A stretch of DNA of 63,999 nt, the filler included, from Barthelona sp. PAP020 (Eukaryota), in the NCBI GenBank assembly GCA_040182905.1. It is 8 parts of 8 records of this genome, joined end to end, with 100 filler letters (N's around TTAATTAATTAA, not from the genome) between each part and the next. Parts side by side here need not be neighbours in the genome. Positions count along the whole stretch, not along the records: positions 41,165 to 49,187 come from JARQWU010000468.1; positions 49,288 to 57,237 come from JARQWU010000469.1; 6 more parts are not named here. One strand, given 5' to 3'. A program made the translations under genes and the position numbers. Each line of letters opens with the position of its first letter. The first letter of the stretch is position 1. The notes below the pieces were generated by a model. It made no database searches. It saw nothing but the letters and a program-made list of their open reading frames with translations, and had not been told where the DNA came from. Below are positions 44,233 to 55,200 of the stretch, in pieces.

Positions 44233-44909
44233 ATGAATTTTTTGAATATTCTTTTGATTATTGGTTTGATTTGTTTGAGTGTAATTTAAATGGACTTTCA
44301 ACATTTTATTCTAACATATTTTAGGTTGAAGCAAAAAAAGTTGCTCGAGTTACTCAAAGCGTTTGGTTCGAAATTGAACAAGATAATAAAATAATTGGTC
44401 GAATTGTGTTAGGTTTGTTTGGAAATGTTGTACCTGAAACCGTACACAATTTTGAAACATTTGTTTTGTGTAATGATCCTTCTCATCCCGAATATTGTTA
44501 TAGAGGAGTTCCTTTTCACAGAGTTATTGACAATTTTATGATTCAAAGTGGTGATGTTATCAATCAAGATGGTACTGGTTCTATTTCAGTTTATGGTTCC
44601 ACTTTTAAGGATGAAAGTAATGGTTTACGTATTAAACATTCTCGTCCTGGTTTATTGTCGATGGCTAATAGAGGGAAAGATACAAACGGTTCTCAATTTT
44701 TCATTACTACTGTTCCAACTCCATGGTTAGATGGAAAACATGTGGTTTTTGGCAAAGTTCTCAAGGGTATGGATGTTGTTGAAAAAATTGGAAAAACAAA
44801 AACTGATGCTCAAAATAGACCTTTGCAACCTGTTATTATTAAGAATACTGGAATGTATACTGCTGAAATGGATAAAATCTTTGAACAACTCGGTTCTGAT
44901 GAGTTATAG
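44233..44909 (+). CDS. ER cyclophilin (cyclophilin B type), two exons (44233-44280, 44325-44909)
   Basis: FHRVIDNFMIQSGD, LSMANRGKDTNGSQFFITT..TPWLDGKHVVFG; splicing adds signal peptide MNFLNILLIIGLICLS/VEA; ends SDEL. Confidence 0.93.
44281..44324 (+). other. Spliceosomal intron, 44 nt
   Basis: GTAATT...TCTAACATATTTTAG; removal fuses the signal peptide in frame. Confidence 0.88.
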
Positions 44910-45119
44910 TGTTTGTAATAAAAGATTTCTTTTTTTTTTTTAAATCTTTGTTTGGAGGGAATTTTGAGTATTCGTTTGATTGATTATTTTTATTGTTTTT
45001 TCTATTTTGGGATATAACAAAACCAAAGAAAATTTCAAACTGAGGAATTCAGGTAAAAAAGTTGGTTGGTTTCTTTTTTTTTCAACATTTTGAAGAATAT
45101 TTGATTTTTTAAAATTTTA

Positions 45120-46634
45120 ATGCCAAATACAATAGAAATAGAGGAATCTGAGAATACAAGAAAGAATTGTGGAACTTGCATTAAATTGCCTTCTGGTAGG
45201 GTTTTACGTTCAAAAATAGGAAATAATAGAGTTATATCTATTGATAAAATTAATGGAATTGATGGATTGTCATATCCTTTTCGTAACAAACAAAATGGCA
45301 TGGAATCATTGACCAAATTATTTAGAATCGGTAAGGGACCATCTTCTTCTCACACTATTGGACCACATAGAGCATCTAAGAAAATGTTGGATAATTTTCC
45401 TGAGGCTACTTTTTTTAAAGTTGAATTGTACGGCAGTTTAGCCTTAACTGGAAGAGGGCATATGACGGATGTTGCTATAATTCGTGCATTGGAACCTGTA
45501 AAAAGTGAAATTATTTGGAAACCTGAGGAAGAACTGCCAATTCATCCAAACGGCATATTATTTCATGCGTTCAAAGAGGATGTTCTTTTAGGATCTCAAG
45601 AAGTTTATTCTATTGGTGGAGGATCTCTTTTTATTCCTTCTATTACAGCAGGTACCACAGAGTTGGGTACTCGTGTAAAGCCAAAGGATGAGTTTTACAT
45701 ATGTTATCCACATGTTTCGATGCGAGACATTTTAGATTACTGTAATTCAAAGAATATGGATCTATATGAATACGTGTGTTTTTTTGAACAAAACTATTTT
45801 GAAAAGCGTGGAAAAGACGATCACGATATTCATGACTTTTTGGAGCATATTTGGGACACTATGTCAAATGCTATTGAAACTGGATTAAAAGCTAATGGGC
45901 GTCTACCAGGATGTCTGAATTTAAAGAGAAGAGCTCAAATGATGTATAGACGATCACTGCGTTCTCCTATGAAAAAAGGAAAGGTTTTTGCATATGCTAC
46001 TGCTGTAGCTGAGCAAAATGCATCCAGTGAAGCTGATATCGTCACATCTCCCACTTGTGGGGCTTGTGGTATTGTACCTGCAGTTCTTCGGTATTGTCAA
46101 GAAGAGTATGATTGTTCTAAGAATGACATTATACGTGCTTTAGCTATTGCTGGTATTATTGGAAATATATTTAAAACAAATGCATCTATCAGTGGGGCTG
46201 AAGCTGGATGTCAAGCAGAAGTGGGTGTTGCATGTTCGATGGCTGCAGGCGCTGCTACTTATTTGTTTGGAGGGTCAATTGAACAAAGTATTAGAGCGGC
46301 TGAGATTGCAATGGAGCATTCATTGGGATTGTCATGTGATCCTGTTCAAGAATTGGTTCAAGTTCCCTGTATTCAAAGAAATGCCGTTTTCGCTACACGT
46401 GCCTTGGATATTGCCAGTTACGTTTTTCTTACTGAAGATCAATCCGTAATTTCTTTTGATGAAGTTGTTCTTACCATGAAAATTACTGGATTGGATATGA
46501 ATAAGAAATATAGAGAAACTTCTCAAGGTGGTTTGGCGTTATTCTATAATCTAGATGAGCAAATTCAAAAAATGAAGGAAGATGCTTTATATGACGAGTC
46601 CTATGAAATTGTTGATGACGAGGAAGACCATTAG
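45120..46634 (+). CDS. sdaA: Fe-S-dependent L-serine dehydratase, single-chain bacterial type
   Basis: IGKGPSSSHTIGP, LYGSLALTGRGH.TD, SPTCGACG, SISGAEAGCQAE, LGLSCDP, QVPCIQRN, YRETSQGGLA; the conserved core starts at Met 45300. Confidence 0.95.
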   Translation: MPNTIEIEESENTRKNCGTCIKLPSGRVLRSKIGNNRVISIDKINGIDGLSYPFRNKQNGMESLTKLFRIGKGPSSSHTIGPHRASKKMLDNFPEATFFKVELYGSLALTGRGHMTDVAIIRALEPVKSEIIWKPEEELPIHPNGILFHAFKEDVLLGSQEVYSIGGGSLFIPSITAGTTELGTRVKPKDEFYICYPHVSMRDILDYCNSKNMDLYEYVCFFEQNYFEKRGKDDHDIHDFLEHIWDTMSNAIETGLKANGRLPGCLNLKRRAQMMYRRSLRSPMKKGKVFAYATAVAEQNASSEADIVTSPTCGACGIVPAVLRYCQEEYDCSKNDIIRALAIAGIIGNIFKTNASISGAEAGCQAEVGVACSMAAGAATYLFGGSIEQSIRAAEIAMEHSLGLSCDPVQELVQVPCIQRNAVFATRALDIASYVFLTEDQSVISFDEVVLTMKITGLDMNKKYRETSQGGLALFYNLDEQIQKMKEDALYDESYEIVDDEEDH

Positions 46635-46777
46635 CATTCTTGAAGTGCTTTTTTGTAAAGAAATATTGCAAAATTTCAAATATTTAAGTGTAAAATTGTG
46701 ATTTTTTGCTAGTTTTTTTTTTTTGAAAAAAAATTTTAGAAGACTATTTACTGAAAAACTATTTCAATTCTCTGTCA

Positions 46778-47437
46778 TTACTCCAATCTATCGTTTAGAT
46801 CCAATTGGACGAGTTTGTCCATGTTTGAAGCGATTTGTAAATTCTTTTTTAAATTTGTCATCAACGTGCTAACATTGTTATCTATTTGATCTAACCTGTT
46901 AATTAAATTGTGGTTCTTATCTTTAAGATGTTGTTCAATCAATTCTAATGTCTCAATTCTTTGTTTCATTTTCTTTTCATTTGTTTGAGTTTTTTTTATT
47001 TGTTTTTTTAAATTTTTAAGTTCTGATTGCATTTCTTTAAGTTCAAGATCTTTTGAGGTGAGTTTTAAGTTCAATTCTTCATTTTCCTTTCGCAAATCCA
47101 AAATTATGAGATCATTATCAATAACATCCAATTGTTCCGTAATTTCTTCAACATTAACACAGACTTCATCATCAACATTTTCTTCAATAATATCTAAACC
47201 ATATTCATCTTTCAAAAATTGTAAACATTCAGGCCAACCATCCTCTTTACATTCACTATGTTCCATAACTGTTGCTAAATCCATTTTCTTAACTAAAAAT
47301 GGTAAAATATTGGTGGTTAATCCAAAATTGGAAAAATATGAAACTTCTGCATATTTTTCATTTGAATTAACTAAATATGATGGATATAATTTGTCATCAA
47401 ATTCAACAAGTATAATTTCACTGGGTAAATCAACCAT
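46778..47437 (-). CDS. Hypothetical coiled-coil protein, possibly with a PWWP/Tudor-like N-terminus
   Basis: 219-aa ORF; heptad-rich C-terminal half; ILVEF...YPS.L....V.YF pattern is only weak support. Confidence 0.65.
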   Translation of the reverse strand: MVDLPSEIILVEFDDKLYPSYLVNSNEKYAEVSYFSNFGLTTNILPFLVKKMDLATVMEHSECKEDGWPECLQFLKDEYGLDIIEENVDDEVCVNVEEITEQLDVIDNDLIILDLRKENEELNLKLTSKDLELKEMQSELKNLKKQIKKTQTNEKKMKQRIETLELIEQHLKDKNHNLINRLDQIDNNVSTLMTNLKKNLQIASNMDKLVQLDLNDRLE

Positions 47438-47640
47438 TGAATCAAAGAAGAAGTTGATTTTTTTCCAAAGTTGAAATTGAGAATTCCATTAAAAATTTAA
47501 AAACTATAAATTTATAATGTTTAAAGTATTATTGTAAAATTTATATGATTTTTGAAATGAGGGACAATAAATTTTATCCTGAAAATTGAATAATTTGTGG
47601 ATTATTCTTCTTATATTCTCTCCGTTGTTTTTTTGCATAT

Positions 47641-48316
47641 ATGATTAGGTGTTCATCATCAAATTCATTTGATGAAAACATTCAATGTCAAAAGAATTTT
47701 GAATTTTCACGGCATAATTATAGAGAAGAAAGTTCAAATTTTTTATCACCTATTCATATATTGAAAAATATTTCACACACAAAATCAAGATCTGATTCTT
47801 TATTTTCAGATGATAATTTTACAAAATTTGATAACAATCAAGAGCACACGATTGCAAAAGAGAAATTGATGAATAAACACAAAAAAGGTTAAAATTAAGG
47901 CAAAATCAATTGTTGATCGAGAAATTCATTTTTGTTCAATGGATAAATTTGACATTGACAGTATTTTAGCTAAAGGAGATAATTTTGGAATTGAAAACGG
48001 AATATTTCAGGGAAAAAAGTATTATAAGAGTTTCAGTTCTGGTAATTTAACAAATAATCAATATGAAAAAAGAAAGAGAAAGAAGTGTGACCTTGGACGA
48101 AAAGAAGATCAGATAAGATTCAAATTAGACAGATTATTAAAAGTATCTGAACGGGAATTGAGAAGAAGGGGAAAAGATGGTCATATAATTGTCTGTGATT
48201 TTAAACCTGAAAAAACTTCAAAACCTTCTGTTTTAATGGGTTCTCATTCAGTATGTAGTAATTCTCGTGTAACTTTTGCATTTTTTGATGGCAATGAATC
48301 TGCCTATATTAATTAA
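47641..48316 (+). CDS. Hypothetical protein split in two frames (47641-47892 and 47873-48316)
   Basis: The second frame is open back to 47873 and overlaps the first across an A6 run. Confidence 0.45.
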
Positions 48317-48655
48317 AGGGAACATCACATTTCTCATTTATTTTAGTCATATTCCAGGTTTTACATTAGTATTTGTAGTTTTAGTTTCAAAGCATTAATA
48401 GATTAATGAAATGATAAAGTGTTTTTAAACATTTTTTTTTGTAGCATTTAAAGTTGTGATAATGATAAAATTTAGATCAGATTGAAGGTTTTCAAAAGAA
48501 GTTTTAGAAGAAAATCTGTTCTTTACCTAAAAGACTTTTTTTTGGAAAGGCAATTTTCTTTTTAATTTTTTTTGTTCATTTGTCAATTTGTTTTGATGAA
48601 TTATTTGTAATTATTTGTATTTATAGAGATTATAATTGAATAGAACCAATTATTT

Positions 48656-49187
48656 ATGCATAGTATTTATTTCTTTTTTGAAAACTTCATACTAATTGAT
48701 AATAGAATTTAGAGTAATATGTAGAAAGGGCGAAGGTACTTTTTCAGAGGTGTTGAAAGCACAATGTATTAAAGATGGTGAATATGTTGCGATTAAAAGA
48801 ATGAAAGGACATTTTGCAAGTGTTGAGCAAGTTAATAACTTGAGAGAAATTCAAGCTCTTAGGAGGTTAAATCATCCGAACATTATTAAATTGTTAGAGG
48901 TTTTGTATGATCGAAAATTAGGCAGATTAGCTTTGGTTTTTGAATTGATGGAAATGAACATATATGAATTGATACGAACAAGACGACATTATCTGTCAGA
49001 AAAAAAAATTCAGAAATTCTTGTATCTTTTGTTGAAGTCGATTGATTTTAGTCACAGAAATGGAATATTTCACCGTGATATTAAGCCTGAGAATATATTA
49101 TTGTCAAACACTGAATTAAAATTAGCTGATTATGGTTCTTGTAGGTCCATTTATTCTGAACCTCCTTTCACTGAATATATTTCAACT
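48656..49187 (+). CDS. MOK: MOK/RAGE (LF4-like) protein kinase, two exons, 3'-truncated
   Basis: Spliced N-terminus MHKFRVICRKGEGTFSEVLKAQ; NLREIQALRRL, HRDIKPEN, DYGSCRS...PPFTEYIST. Confidence 0.9.
48663..48705 (+). other. Spliceosomal intron, 43 nt
   Basis: GTATTT...ACTAATTGATAATAG; removal gives the MHK start typical of MOK/LF4. Confidence 0.85.
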
Positions 49188-49287
49188 NNNNNNNNNNNNN
49201 NNNNNNNNNNNNNNNNNNNNNNNNNNNNNNNTTAATTAATTAANNNNNNNNNNNNNNNNNNNNNNNNNNNNNNNNNNNNNNNNNNNN
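49188..49287. other. Artificial contig spacer
   Basis: N44-TTAATTAATTAA-N44. Confidence 0.99.
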
Positions 49288-52200
49288 GGTATATACATAT
49301 TGTACAAAGCTTTTTGTTCATCAACCAATAATTCATTCAAAAACCATAACCTATTTTGAGCAAAAGATAAAGGCATTCTATCTTTCCTTTCAATACGTTC
49401 AATGGGAGGAACAAATAAAGATTCATCTAATCCATCAGTTGATTGTAAATATTTTGCTAATAACATAGGTGTGGGAGAATTAAAAATATCTCTAATTATA
49501 ACGTTCACTTTAAATTGGTTTCTTACCCTGGATACCAATTTTGTTGCCAACAATGAATGTCCACCCATTTCGAAAAAATCACTAGTTCTACCAACAAGTG
49601 ATAATTCATAATCTAAGACTTCAGCATACATTTGACATAAAACAGTTTCGATGTAATTTTCAGGGGCAGCATAATCTAATATTTCTCTCTTTTCAGGCTT
49701 AGGCAACATTTTACGGTTAAGTTTTCCAGAAGCCGTGAAAGGTAGTTCGTCCAGTTGAATAAATTGTGAAGGTACCCATGACCTTGTAACTTTTTCAATC
49801 AATTCATCAAACACTTGTTTACGCATATCAACTGAAACGTTTCCACAACTAAAATATCCAACAAGGTATTTCTCATCATTTTCATCCATAAAAACACGTA
49901 TAGCTGCATGCTTTACAAATGATATAGATTGCAAAGCCGCTTCCAATTGAGCCAATTCTATTCTATTTCCTCGAATTTTCACTTGACTATCCCCACGATT
50001 GGTGAATATGACTTTCTTTGTGTTATCCAAAACAACATTATCACCAGTGAAGTATACTCTTCCAATCCCTTCAACATGCTTGAAAACCATATCAGTCAAA
50101 TCTTGACGACCATAATATCCTGGACTCAAATAAATACCATCATGAATTACCAATTCAGCGGGTGCATTTGGAGGTGCAAAATATTTACGATCTCTCATCA
50201 AAGAAAATTTGTACATGGGGAAAGAATATCCAATATAAAAAGGTTCTCTTTCCTCAGGGAACACTCGACATCCATGTGTATCAATTGCTGCTTCTGTAGG
50301 ACCATAAAAATTGTAATATCTGGCATTAGGGAATCTATTACATAAAGCTAAATGTACACCATTACCATATTTTTCACCTGAACAAACAACAACCTCAACT
50401 TTGGGGAAAGTTAACCCATCTGGTATATTACGATGAAAACTAACACCAACAGAAGGAACAAAGTACAGAACAGTAATATTTTCATCTTCAATTTCACGTT
50501 TGAGAATATCTGCATCACGATGAGCTTCAGGATGACACACGTACAATAATGCTTCTGTAGTTAATGGAGTAAATATCTCCCACCAACAAGGATCAAACGA
50601 TAACACAGTTTTATGTGAAAATACTGTGTCTTTAGTGATTTTCATGTCAGTCAAAGATTCTTGACGAATGATTCTCCAAGAAATTGCTTTATTTTTAGTG
50701 AGAATACCTTTTGGAAGTCCAGTAGATCCAGAAGTAAAAGCTAAATATACAATATCCTCTGGTGATATGTCTCCAAAAGAATAATGGAAGTTTGTTTTCA
50801 TTTTCATTATATCTTCAGCAATAACCAACTCCAAACCTACTTCACTGATATAAGCCATTTCACTTTCAATAGTCAAGATTATTTCACAATCTGCCTCTTT
50901 CATTATTAATTTCATCATGCTAATAGGCATTGCAGTATCCATTGGGACAACAACAACGCCTGCAACTGCACAACCTAAAAGAATTGTGGGCAACAATTGA
51001 CATCTGGGTAAAAACAAACCGACATGCTTTTGTTTGTTCACTTTGGTCAAAATTCCTCCTGCAAACGTTTCAACAGCTGCTTTCAATTCCGTAAACGTTT
51101 GGACTTGGTCACCAAATTTTGTTGTCGGAACATTTGGATATTTTTCAACAGCCTCATAGAACAAATCAGCAATGGTTGCGTCATAATAAGTTTCATCATC
51201 GGGTTGCACCAAAGAATCTTTGACAAAATCTTTTTCCTTTTGTGATAAATGTTCAAGAGATTGCCATAAATCATTCGGCTTATTGATCATTTCCTTCAAT
51301 ACAATAAGATACTTACTGGCAATAGCTTCAATAATCTCTTGATCGAATAATTCTGTGCAATAGACAAATTCAAAAGCGTACCCAGTACCATTTTCATCTT
51401 GAGTATCATATGCTTGAAGATGTAAATCCATTTTTGCTGTTGTTGTAGGTATATCAATTTGTTCAAAACTTGCTCGATCCAATTGATATTTTTTTGAACC
51501 AAAGTCAAGATATTCAAAAAAGACTTGGAATAAAGGATTTAAATTGGCTATGCGTTCAACTTGTAAAGCTTCAATAATTTGATCAAAAGGAACAATTTCA
51601 TGGCTTAACGAATTCAAAACGCTTTGTTTAACATCCTCAATAAATTGTATCACATTAGTAGATTTATCTAAGTTTGCCACAATGGGTAAAGTATTCAAAA
51701 ATGCACCAATAATGGAATGAAATTCTGATTTGGGTCGATTTAATGATGCTGTACCAACAATGAAATTAGTTTCATCACTATACCAGTATAAAACAACTTC
51801 AAAAACTGCTAAAAAGGTCATAAATGAAGAAAATCCATTAACTTGATTGAACTCATCTATTTGTCTTGCAAACTCAGAATCAATGTGTACAGTATATTGT
51901 TTTCCTGTCATTTTGACAATTTTAGATCTATCAACCCATTGATTGATTGGTAAACTGATATTTTGACCTTTTAACTCAATTAAACGATTATACCACCATT
52001 GAACCTCATCTTTCATCTCCAAATTATTATACCAGTTGGCATAATCATAATATTGAAGTCTAGGTTGTTGATATGATGTTTCATTTGAGTAAACTTTGGA
52101 AATTTCATTGAAGAATAGTTGAACAGAATATCCATCAAATGCAATATGATGAATACAAAACATTAAATGAGATTCTGTCTCAGAAATAACATACAACTTA

Positions 52201-55200
52201 GCAAACATCACTTCTTTTGATAAATCAAAAACATAATCTCTCACTTCATCTTCAGCAGCTAATAAATTGAAAGATGATGAATAAATAATTTCAAATCTTG
52301 TCATATCTTTTCTTTCAACCAATTGAACTCTGTTATCTTCATACATATATGTAGAATTCAATATTTTATGAGAAGAACATACAAATTCCCATGCTTTCTT
52401 CAAACGATCAGGATTAAATTCACCATTTATTTGATAATGGAAAGGAATATTATATGAAGTGGAATTTGGTTCCATTCTTTGAACTAACCACATTCGAGTT
52501 TGAGTAAAAGACACAACTGAAGGATCATTATCCTCAAACAATTGATCTATACTTCCAATTTCATCAGGTAACCCAAGAGAATCAATGAATTTTGCCAAAT
52601 CTTCTATGATGGGATGATCAAATAACGCTTTCAAAGGAACTTTTACGTTCATTTTTGAACTAATATTTGATATAACCTTCATCGCAATTAAAGAATGTCC
52701 ACCAATTTCAAAGAAAGAATCAGTCATAGACAAAGAATTTAGACGTAAAACATCCTTCAAAATCTCAGAAATAACTCTTTCAGATTCAGTTCTTGGAAGA
52801 ACAACATCATCATCAGCAATAGTATAGTTCAAAAGAACAGATCTGTCAATCTTTCCATGGTTTGTCATTGGCATTTCATCTAAAATAATGATGAGAGAAG
52901 GAATAGAATAAGCAGGTAATTGAGATTTTAACATCTCAAAAATCTTATCTACTGTGAAATAGGAATCATAAACGACAACAAAAGCCAACAAACGATCACC
53001 AGTTTGACTCTTTTTAACAAGAGTACAGGCACTGGAAATGAATTGTGAAGACATTAAAACACTTTCGATTCCTGATAATTCAACACGGAAACCTCTAATC
53101 TTAACTTGATTATCATTTCGACCACAGAAAAGAACAGTTCCATCTGGCATTTCCTGTACCAAATCTCCAGTACGATAGTACTTGTTGTTATCAATGAAAA
53201 TATACTTCTTTTGAGTCAACTCTTCATTACCTAAATATCCTTTACCAACAATATAACCACCAAGTAACAGTTCACCAACAACACCAGAGGGAACTTGTTC
53301 CAAAGTTTGGGGATTGACAATGAGATAGTTTGCACCTTTGTGGCATCTGCCGAGAGGAATTGCAGGAATGTTCTCGAGCTCTTTAAGCGAATGAACATCA
53401 TGATAGTGAGAAAATGGAGTACATTCAGAAGGACCATAAATATTACGAACAATATTTTTGAAACCACTAACAAACAAACGTTTTACAGCTGACAGAGATA
53501 AAGCTTCACCACCAGCAGAAACAATTCCAACATTAGAATACATGTTACAATTGAAATCAACGCAAGCATGAAATAATTGAGTTGTTTGGAACATCACATC
53601 AATGTTGTGATTTTGAAGAACATTACCAAAAGCTTCAAGATCCAATACCGTATCTTTTTGAACAATTACCAAACTCGAACCATTTGTAAGGGCACCGAAC
53701 AATTCAAGACCAAATGCATCAAAGGTTTCAGCAGAACAATGGAGGAATTTTCCCTTTGGCCATACTTGATGGCTGGTAGCCAACAATCCTTTGTGAGTAT
53801 TCATTGAACTTTTAGGAACGCCGGTTGTACCTGAAGAAGTAGCTACATATATTAGATCTTCTCCAGATAAAGGTTTGCAATTAAAATCACTTAGGGGTGA
53901 AATTTCCTTGCACATATTCTCATCAACAATAATTCTAAAATTGGTGTATTTTCTTACCTGTTCAAACAAAGGTGATGTAGGATCAACACAAACATATGGG
54001 CAACCAACTTTAAAAGCTCCCAAAACTGCAGCAGTTGTAAAAATGGAACGCTTTGTTGAAATAGCAATAATCTCATTGCAAAGAACGCCCAAATCATCAA
54101 ACTTAGCAGCAAAACCATTGGACAACTTGTCCATTTCAGAATATGTAATGGTTGAATTGTTCCAAGCTTCAATAGCACACAATGAATCAGGTTGAAGATT
54201 TGTCCAATACTTAAATGCATCCAACACAGTTTCAAACTCCATAGAAGTGTTAAACTTATGGTTATATGGAAGTTTTGTATTTTCAGAAAGAACATTCATC
54301 AGATCAATTTCAGTAAGTAATGAAACAAAAGTGTCAACAAATGATTCAACTAAATGAGGATGAACGGTTGATGTATCAATACCAACAACAATAGAAGTAG
54401 TATTGGCAACATTCATTGCCAATGAAAAAGGCAAATCAGTTTTAAATAAGGAAGGAACTTCTTCAATAGAAAATTCTGCCTTGTTTTCAACAGAATTACT
54501 TGAAGGAACATTTTCAAAAGCAAATATCACATTGAATTTCAAATTATAAGCCCTAGATTTACGTGACACATCAACTAAATCAGTCATAATTTCTCGGGCT
54601 TGTAATAATCCCTGTTTATTTGAATCAACAACAAGTGGAACAGTATTGATAAACAAACCAACAGAATTTTCAATATCATTTAAAGGGCAATCACGACCAG
54701 AAACAACACTTCCAAAACAAACCTCTTTCTCATTTGTATAACGAGAAAGCAATGCTCCAAAAATTGTCATTGCCAAGGAACCAGGAGTAATACCATACTT
54801 TGAAGCAATATTAAGGTAGTGTTGAGTCAAAGAACTGTCAAGAGTTCGCTTAACATGAACATAAGAATCTCCATCAAAAGGAATAGGATATGAAAGTGAT
54901 ACAAGTTTATCTTGATACTTGTCTTCATCAGAAGTCCATGTTTCTTCTGAAATCCAATTGACATAGTCAGAGAACTGTAGTGTTTGAGGAAGTTCTTCGT
55001 TATTAGCTAATAAACGCATTTCTTGAAGCAATATGGAGTTAGACCATGCATCTGAAAGAAGATGATGATGAGAAAACACCAAATGATTGTCCACTATAGT
55101 AAGACGCCAAAGAGGGTTTGTGAAGTCAAATCCTTCATCAACATCATGTGAAAGGAATTTCTTCAAACCAAGTTCACTTTTGTTTATCTTAACATCAACA

